A stretch of 49,134 nt of DNA from Eubacteriales bacterium (GTDB lineage: Bacteria > Bacillota > Clostridia > Oscillospirales > CAG-272), in contig JAZNDA010000053.1 in assembly GCA_045587785.1 (NCBI GenBank), positions 1 through 49,134 on the forward strand, read 5' to 3'. A model generated the notes under the pieces. That model searched no databases, was not told where the DNA came from, and saw only the letters and a program-made list of their open reading frames with translations. Positions 26,316 to 32,638 of the stretch are shown one piece after another; position 1 is the stretch's first letter; every line of letters begins with the position of its first letter. A program made the position numbers and the translations under genes.

Positions 26316-27893
26316 TTATATCTCCGTTTGATATTTTTTAAGAAGCTTTTTTGCTGTCTGCAGTCCGTCAAGAGCCGAGGAAATGATCCCGCCCGCATAT
26401 CCCGCGCCCTCACCGCAGGGGTAAAGACCTCCGATCGCTTGCCCGTCCTCACCGCGCAAAAGGCGAATGGGCGAGGTGGTTCGGGTCTCCACACCCGTGA
26501 GTATGGCGTCGGGCAGGTAAAAGCCTTTTTTGTAATCGTCAAATTCGGGAATGGCGGTTTTGAGGCTTTCTGTGGCAAACGTCGGCAGACACCGCGTGAG
26601 ACCTTCAAGGACCACACCGCGCGCATAGCTTGGTTTGACTTCGCCGAACGCCCGACTCTCTCTGCCGTACAGAAAATCCTCCATGCGCACGGCAGGAGCG
26701 CGGAAGTCTTTGGATATTTCAAAAGCAAGGCGTTCATATTTCTGTTGGAATTCAAGTCCCAAAAGGGGAGAGTTGCCAAAATCCGAAGGCGTGACCGAAA
26801 CCAGAAGTGCGGCGTTGGAGTTGTCCGCATCCCTTGCGTTGAGGCTCATGCCGTTGGTGACCACCGCGCCGTTTTCCGAGGTTGCCGCCACCACGTGTCC
26901 GCCCGGGCACATGCAAAAGCTGTATACGCTTCGTCCGTTTTTTAAATGTGTGACCAGATGGTAGCTTGCCGCTCCGAGTTCCCTCGGAGCGTTCTCGCCG
27001 TACATCATGCGGTCAATATATTCTCTCGGATGCTCCACGCGCACGCCAATGCCAAAGCCGCGTGCTTCCATGGCGATCCCATGCGCGGAAAGCATGCGGA
27101 AGGTATCACGGGCACTGTGTCCCGTTGCCAGCAAAAGGTTATCGCAGGCAAGCTCGTGTGTCTCGCCGGCTTTTATATATCGGACACCGCAAACGGTGCC
27201 GTTTTTTATGATGATATCATCCATTTTGGCACCAAACAGTACGGTGCAGCCGAGCTCTGTCATTTGCTCTCTGATATTCTTAACGATGCCGCGTAAAAGG
27301 TCGGTTCCCACGTGCGCTTGGGTATCGTATAAAATACGTTCGGGTGCACCCGCCCGAATGAGCGTCATGAGTATTTCCCGTTTCTCAGCGGTCATGGCAC
27401 CCGATTTAAGCTTGCCGTCCGAAAAGCTTCCCGCACCGCCTTCTCCAAACTGAATGTTGTTTTCGGGGTCAAGCGCACCGCCACGGTTAAACGTCTCTAC
27501 CGCGCGTACGCGGCTGTCCACGTCACCGCCGCGTTCAAGTACGATGGGACACGCGCCGCTTTTGGCAAGCAACAGAGCGGCAAACAGACCGCATGGCCCG
27601 AGACCCACCACAACGGGACGGGAAGGGAGCTTGGCTGTTGGTACAGTGAAGGGAGCTTCGGTGTACGGCGCGGCGCGTCTGCGGCTCACAAGAAAGGCTT
27701 CACTTTTTTGATCAAGCGACAAAAGGATCGCCGCCTTATATTGGATATTGTTTTTGTCGGATATATCCGTGGCGAGACGGTGCAGGCGCAAACAAACCGA
27801 CGGTGCTATCTCCCGTCCTAAACGCTTTTCACACGTTTCTCTCACGGTCTGCTCGGTAAAGCCGATGGGCAGACGCACATCCACACGAATCAT
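26316..27893 (-). CDS. Uncharacterised FAD-dependent protein (COG2509-type NAD(FAD)-utilising dehydrogenase)
   Basis: Dinucleotide-binding motif VVVGLGPCGLFAALLLAKSG. The C-terminal sequence GLYPCGEGAGYAGGI is typical of this family. The ATG lies 2 nt after the queT stop. Confidence 0.75.
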   Translation of the reverse strand: MIRVDVRLPIGFTEQTVRETCEKRLGREIAPSVCLRLHRLATDISDKNNIQYKAAILLSLDQKSEAFLVSRRRAAPYTEAPFTVPTAKLPSRPVVVGLGPCGLFAALLLAKSGACPIVLERGGDVDSRVRAVETFNRGGALDPENNIQFGEGGAGSFSDGKLKSGAMTAEKREILMTLIRAGAPERILYDTQAHVGTDLLRGIVKNIREQMTELGCTVLFGAKMDDIIIKNGTVCGVRYIKAGETHELACDNLLLATGHSARDTFRMLSAHGIAMEARGFGIGVRVEHPREYIDRMMYGENAPRELGAASYHLVTHLKNGRSVYSFCMCPGGHVVAATSENGAVVTNGMSLNARDADNSNAALLVSVTPSDFGNSPLLGLEFQQKYERLAFEISKDFRAPAVRMEDFLYGRESRAFGEVKPSYARGVVLEGLTRCLPTFATESLKTAIPEFDDYKKGFYLPDAILTGVETRTTSPIRLLRGEDGQAIGGLYPCGEGAGYAGGIISSALDGLQTAKKLLKKYQTEI

Positions 27894-27895
27894 AC

Positions 27896-28393
27896 TTATT
27901 TCTCCCAAAAACGGCGTTTTTCAAGCGCCATGAATAACAGCGTGCCGAATACACCGACTGACAAAAGCTCGCCCATACCGACGCCCCCCGCAAGCCAGAA
28001 CCACCCGTCACCGATGCCGTATGCGTAACGCAGAACAAAAGGAATGATGATAGTGTTGGATATGATGGGGGGAAGGATGCACAGAAATCGGCAATTTCCG
28101 CGGAGTTCGCGAAAGGCATACGTACCAAGCGCACCGATCAGCGTGGCAAGCGTGCCAAACAGGACGTCCGCCCATACGCCGCCTACCAGAAGATTGGATA
28201 TAAGGCATCCGACGGTAAGACCGAATATCGCCTCGGGCATAAAGAACGGGAGAACGCAAAGCGCCTCCGAAAGACGAAGCTGAACGGGCATGGAGGCAAG
28301 CCCCAAAAGTCCGCAAAGCAGGGTGAGTGCGGTGTAAAGTGCACCGATGATGGCGGCACGGCAGAGCGCGACCGTCTTTTTGTTGTTTCTCAT
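27896..28393 (-). CDS. queT: QueT-family queuosine-precursor transporter (ECF S-component type)
   Basis: About 165 aa with 5 TM segments and a QueT-like sequence (AAIIGALYTALTLL...LRLSEALCVLPFF...). The start was set at MRNNKK behind AAGGAG; the track's TTG extension covers the RBS. Confidence 0.75.
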   Translation of the reverse strand: MRNNKKTVALCRAAIIGALYTALTLLCGLLGLASMPVQLRLSEALCVLPFFMPEAIFGLTVGCLISNLLVGGVWADVLFGTLATLIGALGTYAFRELRGNCRFLCILPPIISNTIIIPFVLRYAYGIGDGWFWLAGGVGMGELLSVGVFGTLLFMALEKRRFWEK

Positions 28394-28490
28394 GATATTC
28401 TCCTTAGTTTTGTTTTTAGGCAAGAAAGAACGATCCGCTCTCTTGCCTATGTGAGGATGGTTTCGAACTCACGCCGTTATTATAGCAGAA
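28394..28490 (-). promoter_or_regulatory. queT promoter (-10 TGCTATAAT) plus a candidate preQ1 riboswitch leader
   Basis: The minus-strand leader reads GUGAG-UUCGAAACCAUC-CUCAC AUA GGCAAG-...-CUUGCC UAAAAACAAAACUAAGGAG. The A-rich tail running into the SD resembles preQ1-I tails (B. subtilis ...AUAAAAAACUAAGG). The first hairpin has the 5-bp P1 and a UUC-initiated loop. queT is the classic preQ1-II/III-regulated gene. No covariance model was run. Confidence 0.4.
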
Positions 28491-28547
28491 ATTTTCTATC
28501 ATTGCAAGTCCTTTTGTGTGTCTGAAAGAAAAATATTGCTTGAACGG

Positions 28548-28580
28548 CTTTGCGCCCTGCCAAATCGGCAGGGCGCAAAG
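28548..28580. terminator. GC-rich perfect 14-bp hairpin downstream of the holin gene (terminator-like, weak U-tract)
   Basis: CTTTGCGCCCTGCC-loop-GGCAGGGCGCAAAG, 8 nt after the holin stop on the - strand. Confidence 0.5.
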
Positions 28581-28588
28581 GATTATGT

Positions 28589-28909
28589 TCACGTTTGGTT
28601 TTCGGACACAAGCGAGGTGGCAACGTCGCTCACTTTTTCCAGTGTTTTGATCGTTTGCTCGTCTGCCCCCAGCTTTTGTGCGGCATTGGTTATGGCACTG
28701 CCGATGTTTTTTGCACTTTCGGCATCTACGCGCCCCTCCATAATGCAGTATACAACGGAGGGGACAATGACCATCATCGCTCCCATCACGGTGCTTATCG
28801 CATGGCTTTCGCCAAAGATCAAGGCGCAGATGCCCGCTATGGCGGAGAGCGCGGAAATGATAAATTTGCGGCTGGTCAGTTTTTGAAGTAATAATTCTTT
28901 TTTCATCAT
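28589..28909 (-). CDS. Putative phage holin (LL-H/XhlB-position small membrane protein)
   Basis: 106 aa with two hydrophobic segments and a charged C-terminal tail. It lies directly downstream of XhlA, as in PBSX-type lysis cassettes. Confidence 0.6.
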   Translation of the reverse strand: MMKKELLLQKLTSRKFIISALSAIAGICALIFGESHAISTVMGAMMVIVPSVVYCIMEGRVDAESAKNIGSAITNAAQKLGADEQTIKTLEKVSDVATSLVSENQT

Positions 28910-28926
28910 GAATACCTTTCTCGATT

Positions 28927-29271
28927 TTATTTCAGGATCAGTGTAAGCAAAGACCCGACAAGCGTGCCCGTCATTGTGGCAATGGTTTGCTTTATGATCT
29001 CGTTTTTGATCTTTTTCGCACTCTTGGACGGTGCGAGTTCAAGACTTGCCACCTTGTGGTTGGTCTCACTTATTGTCTCCCGCATTTTCCTTTGCTCGTC
29101 TGCCGAGTATCTTTGCTCGGTGGCCAGAACCTCCACGGCGGTTGCCATTCGGTTGATACTTTGACTTAGCGCGCCGTATTCCTTTTCCATGTGATTCAGA
29201 CGGTGCATGTTGGATCTTGAGCGTTCTTCGGTCTCGATCAGCTTAGTCAGCAGTTCTTGTTCGCTTTGCAT
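28927..29271 (-). CDS. xhlA: Hemolysin XhlA-family phage lysis accessory protein
   Basis: 114 aa with an N-terminal coiled coil (RLNHMEKEYGALSQSINRMATAVEVL) and a C-terminal TM anchor (TIATMTGTLVGSLLTLILK). Confidence 0.7.
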   Translation of the reverse strand: MQSEQELLTKLIETEERSRSNMHRLNHMEKEYGALSQSINRMATAVEVLATEQRYSADEQRKMRETISETNHKVASLELAPSKSAKKIKNEIIKQTIATMTGTLVGSLLTLILK

Positions 29272-29275
29272 TGTC

Positions 29276-29449
29276 TTATATGTTTTCTGCCTCCTGCCGT
29301 TCCTTCATGATCTGCTCATATTCCTCTCTCGTGATCTCATGGTAGCTCTCGGCATCCGCCCCCAGCGCAAGATGAATGACGGTGCCAAAATGCACCCCGT
29401 CTGTCAAGATCATGCCGTCCTCGGCATAAAGTGTAATTCTTTGTTTCAT
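29276..29449 (-). CDS. Small phage protein, XkdX-like (57 aa)
   Basis: Its position between tail fibre and XhlA, an HEITREEYEQI motif resembling XkdX, and an AAGGAGG RBS before MKQRITLY. Confidence 0.5.
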   Translation of the reverse strand: MKQRITLYAEDGMILTDGVHFGTVIHLALGADAESYHEITREEYEQIMKERQEAENI

Positions 29450-29459
29450 GTTTTCCTCC

Positions 29460-30548
29460 TTATACAAGTGAAATCGTCCAATTCGGCTTGGTTGCCGCAA
29501 GGTTATCCCAAGTCTCTATTTTTTTAATGCTTAGCGTGAAAGTGGCACGCTCGTCTACCTCTGTAATATCTACCATACCAAGAAAGCGACCATCTTCTTT
29601 AAGCGTAAGTGTATTAACTTGACTTCCTAAAGAGTAGATAGACCCGCAGTGCTCTTGCGCGGTAGTTGCACTAACTTGAAGCCTTACGTGTTCTGGCGTA
29701 CCCTCTGTCACCGATAGCGAAACTTCATAAGTGCCTTTTGGCAAAGCATCAGCTATAAATTCAAAAGGGCGTCTGTCGACCAAAGTAATCGAGCCATCCT
29801 CGTTAACAATATGATCGTGACTTGTTGTTGGGTCATTATAAAACGGCATCTCTTCTTCGATCGGAAAAGCACTCTCCACCGCTGTTTTTGACAGAGTGAC
29901 CATTTTGCCTGTTGTGCTGTCCGAGAGACATCCGATGATGCTTTCAATGCTTGCTTTGGAAAGGAGCGTACTGTATTGAAGGTTAATATCGTTCCCGATT
30001 TCCCCCTCAAAAGAAATGTCTCTGAGCGCAATACAGTTGTAGAATGTGCCGCTGTATGTGTGTTTTTTTATTACCACAAGCTTTTCAATTCGCTCTAAAT
30101 TTTTGCAATCGCTAAAAGTGCTTGTCAAGTTTACACTGGTTGATGCATCTATTACAGGAAGCGTTTTTGTTGCCGCATAGGAAAACATTGCCTGTAAAGA
30201 GGTTGCGCCGCTTGTATCGAGATTTACTTTGCACTCTTTCAAGCTTGCGGTAATATCTGTTACATTGCAATATTGAAAAGCGCCGAGGTTTGAAGATTTC
30301 ATAACAATGTCATATTTGGGTTTGAAGGTTTCATCTGTCCAACCATAGCCCGCAAAAGCATAATGATACTGTTTGCCAACACCTTTGCGTTGGTACGCAT
30401 CCCAGAACGCATCATATTCCGACTGTGCGCCTTTTTCGTAGACAGCATTGATCTCACTTGGCATGTCCGATAAGGGGATCAGATCCTCCTTGCCTGTCTT
30501 CTCACGTATGGCGTCGCCAATGGCGGTCAGTTTATCAGTAAGAGCCAT
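29460..30548 (-). CDS. Phage tail-fibre/receptor-binding protein with BspA-type leucine-rich repeats
   Basis: The N-terminus LTDKLTAIGDAIREKTGK is very common in Firmicute prophage fibre proteins. LRR-like repeats follow (..L.SMFSYA..L..ID.S....L...F..C..L). The gene looks lower in GC than its neighbour. Confidence 0.65.
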   Translation of the reverse strand: MALTDKLTAIGDAIREKTGKEDLIPLSDMPSEINAVYEKGAQSEYDAFWDAYQRKGVGKQYHYAFAGYGWTDETFKPKYDIVMKSSNLGAFQYCNVTDITASLKECKVNLDTSGATSLQAMFSYAATKTLPVIDASTSVNLTSTFSDCKNLERIEKLVVIKKHTYSGTFYNCIALRDISFEGEIGNDINLQYSTLLSKASIESIIGCLSDSTTGKMVTLSKTAVESAFPIEEEMPFYNDPTTSHDHIVNEDGSITLVDRRPFEFIADALPKGTYEVSLSVTEGTPEHVRLQVSATTAQEHCGSIYSLGSQVNTLTLKEDGRFLGMVDITEVDERATFTLSIKKIETWDNLAATKPNWTISLV

Positions 30549-31251
30549 CTTCGATCACCCCCAACTGCTTTGTCACCTCATCGCTCACCATGACTTTTAT
30601 CGAATCGTTCATGGCGCTTTGATGTTCTTCTGTCCAGTAGTCCACACCGAATACGGGCGTATAGCCCGGATCGCCCTTGTTGCCTTGTTCCCCCTTGTCA
30701 CCTTGTTCGCCCTTTTCGCCTTTATCACCTTTATCTCCCTTCGGGATACCGAATTCGAGATGTACTGCTCCGTCCTTAAGGCTTTTGGTGACATAAGCTT
30801 CCTCTCCCTCGGCGGTTTCGGCGGAAACGGTCATGTTTTCGATGGCATTTTGGGCAGCGACAGCACGGCTTGCCGCAGCCAACACCTCGTCTACCCACGC
30901 CTTTTGTGCCTGCGGCACTTCGCCGACCTTGGCAAGAGACTGGGAAATATAGGTTTGATAAACACAGGATTTGACCAGCTGTTCACCAACGTAGTAGCTA
31001 AGCTCGCATTTTCCTTTACCCGCGACCGAGGTGTCGGCGGATGTGATCTGCCATATCAGCTTGTCACCGTCCGCCGTGACAGTGCAAGGGTAGGGGGCAG
31101 AGGACGAGGGAAGCTGTGCGGCGAGCTGTGCGTTGCCCTGTCCGTAGGTCTTTATCCAGTCCGCAATGTCAAACACCACACACCGTGCCGAATTTTCGCC
31201 GCGGTGGCCGAGATCGATCAGCGAAAAGGGTTCTGCTGTAATGATCTTCAT
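30535..31251 (-). CDS. Phage tail-fibre/baseplate protein with a collagen-like Gly-X-Y tract
   Basis: GDKGDKGEKGEQGDKGEQGNKGDPG tract, a phage-fibre-like N-terminus, and an AAAGGAGG RBS. Confidence 0.65.
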   Translation of the reverse strand: MKIITAEPFSLIDLGHRGENSARCVVFDIADWIKTYGQGNAQLAAQLPSSSAPYPCTVTADGDKLIWQITSADTSVAGKGKCELSYYVGEQLVKSCVYQTYISQSLAKVGEVPQAQKAWVDEVLAAASRAVAAQNAIENMTVSAETAEGEEAYVTKSLKDGAVHLEFGIPKGDKGDKGEKGEQGDKGEQGNKGDPGYTPVFGVDYWTEEHQSAMNDSIKVMVSDEVTKQLGVIEDGSY

Positions 31252-31286
31252 TTTGTTCCTCCTTTTTGTCGTTTCTGCCCCATGTC

Positions 31287-31340
31287 GGCAGTGTAGGGTG
31301 ACAGTAGATATATGGTTCAGATATCTACTGTCACACTGCC
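31287..31340. repeat. Long imperfect inverted repeat (13-bp perfect plus 7-bp outer stem) at the prophage-remnant edge
   Basis: GGCAGTG-TAGGG-TGACAGTAGATAT / loop / ATATCTACTGTCA-CACTGCC. It lies in the 5' leader of the fibre gene, downstream of a GCTATAAT -10 box on the - strand. Confidence 0.7.
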
Positions 31341-31559
31341 GCGGAAGTCTGACAACCTTCCTCGGTGTCTCCTATTATAGCCTGAAAAAAAGCAAAAGTC
31401 CATGGACAAAATGAATGGTTTTGTGGGGGAAATATGACGATAAAAAAAGAAAAAATATAAATTGTCGGTAAAAAACAAGTAAAAGATATCTTTACAAATA
31501 TGCTGTCTTGTGGTAAAATAGGACAGAAGAACATAAAAAACCAGTAAGGAGTGATGATA

Positions 31560-32177
31560 ATGTACAAAAATCCCGTAATTACCATCGCGCGTCAGTTCGG
31601 TAGCGGAGGACACGAAGTAGGCAAAAGATTGGCGACGCTTCTGGGCATCCCCGTGTATGATAAGGAACTGATCATGCTTGCCGCCGAAAAGAGCGGCTAC
31701 CACCCCGATGTTCTTTCCAAGGCAGACGAAAAAGCGGCGGGAAGCCTTCTTTATACGCTTGCCATCGGTTCGTCGCGCTTTGGAGGTTTTTCGGGCAACT
31801 ACGATATTCCGATCAACGATAAATTGTTTATTGTTCAAAATGAGATCATTCAGGAGGTCGCGTCGAAGGGGCAGTGTGTCATTGTGGGACGTTGCGGCGA
31901 CTATGCGCTTCGCAATTTTGAAAATAAGCTGTCCTTCTTCATTTACTCCGACGAGGCAATGCGTGTGGGAAGGATCGTGGAGTCGCGCGGGATTTCCGCG
32001 TCCGAGGCAAAATCTCTGATCACCAAAGAGGACAAAAAGAGAGCGGGTTATTACAACTTCTATACGGGTCAGAAATGGGGCTCCATGGAGCGTTACAGTG
32101 CGTCCTTTAACACCGCGGTTCTGGGTATTGAAGGAACGGCGGATCTGATTGCGGGTATCGTTCGTTCTATGTCTTGA
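31560..32177 (+). CDS. Cytidylate kinase-like family protein (AAA_28/Cytidylate_kin2)
   Basis: VITIARQFGSGGHEVGKRLA...VIVGRCGDY pattern. AAGGAG lies 8 nt upstream of this ATG. Confidence 0.8.
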   Translation: MYKNPVITIARQFGSGGHEVGKRLATLLGIPVYDKELIMLAAEKSGYHPDVLSKADEKAAGSLLYTLAIGSSRFGGFSGNYDIPINDKLFIVQNEIIQEVASKGQCVIVGRCGDYALRNFENKLSFFIYSDEAMRVGRIVESRGISASEAKSLITKEDKKRAGYYNFYTGQKWGSMERYSASFNTAVLGIEGTADLIAGIVRSMS

Positions 32178-32220
32178 CGGCTTGTTCACAAAAAATTTAT
32201 TTTTGTCCTGCAAATATATC

Positions 32221-32249
32221 TTGACAACAGCGCATATATGCATTATCAT
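32221..32249 (+). promoter_or_regulatory. Sigma-A promoter of rubredoxin
   Basis: TTGACA, 17 nt of spacer, then TATCAT. Confidence 0.55.
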
Positions 32250-32284
32250 AATGGGGTAGATTTTGAAAAAAGGAGATATAGACT

Positions 32285-32473
32285 ATGATTTATGTATGTG
32301 AGCTTTGCGGTTATGAGTACAATTCCGAGACAGGGGATCCCGTAAACGGAATTGAGCCCGGCACGGATTTTGAAGACCTGCCCGAGGATTGGGTCTGTCC
32401 GCTTTGCGGTGCAGGAAAGGACGACTTTGAAGCTGTAAAAACGGCTGACGATGAGTCCACAGAAAATGAATAA
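32285..32473 (+). CDS. Rubredoxin
   Basis: Two CxxC pairs (CELCGYEY ... [11 protein letters not shown]) and the conserved GTxFEDLPxDWxCP. Confidence 0.95.
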   Translation: MIYVCELCGYEYNSETGDPVNGIEPGTDFEDLPEDWVCPLCGAGKDDFEAVKTADDESTENE

Positions 32474-32487
32474 ACAAAAAATATATA

Positions 32488-32516
32488 AAAACGGCGTCGT
32501 TCAGACGCCGTTTTTT
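32488..32516 (+). terminator. Rho-independent terminator
   Basis: AAAACGGCGTC-GTTCA-GACGCCGTTTTTT. Confidence 0.85.
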
Positions 32517-32563
32517 AGTGATGTAAAGTTTTGTATTCTCGACCGAAAACAACATGCTTTTTC

Positions 32564-32592
32564 TTGACAAACAGAGGGAATCGGTGTATACT
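32564..32592 (+). promoter_or_regulatory. Sigma-A promoter of polA
   Basis: TTGACA, 17 nt of spacer, then TATACT. Confidence 0.55.
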
Positions 32593-32638
32593 ATAAATAT
32601 ATTATTTTATATAAAAAATTTGTACGGAGAGTGGGAAC

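Larger units (their letters stand above)
28589..31251 (-). mobile_element. Prophage remnant: PBSX-like late module (tail fibres, XkdX-like, XhlA, holin) without endolysin, other structural genes or integrase
   Basis: Five co-oriented, tightly packed phage-type genes are flanked by housekeeping genes (queT on the left, a cytidylate-kinase-like gene on the right). Confidence 0.7.

Noticed and set aside
28310-28395. An apparent frame inconsistency at the queT 5' end when I counted homopolymer runs by eye (T-run near 28376-28382, G-run near 28320). This suggested a frameshift.
   Set aside because: The supplied ORF track, computed from the sequence, shows one continuous 175-codon frame including MRNNKK. 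My manual counting of homopolymers is unreliable, so I trust the track.
28479-31381. A 9-nt direct match, TATTATAGC, occurs at about 28479 and about 31373, bracketing the phage-like module. It could be an att core.
   Set aside because: Both copies are the reverse complement of GCTATAATA, that is, -10 promoter boxes on the minus strand (queT and the fibre gene). A 9-mer match between two intergenic regions of this size is also close to chance expectation.
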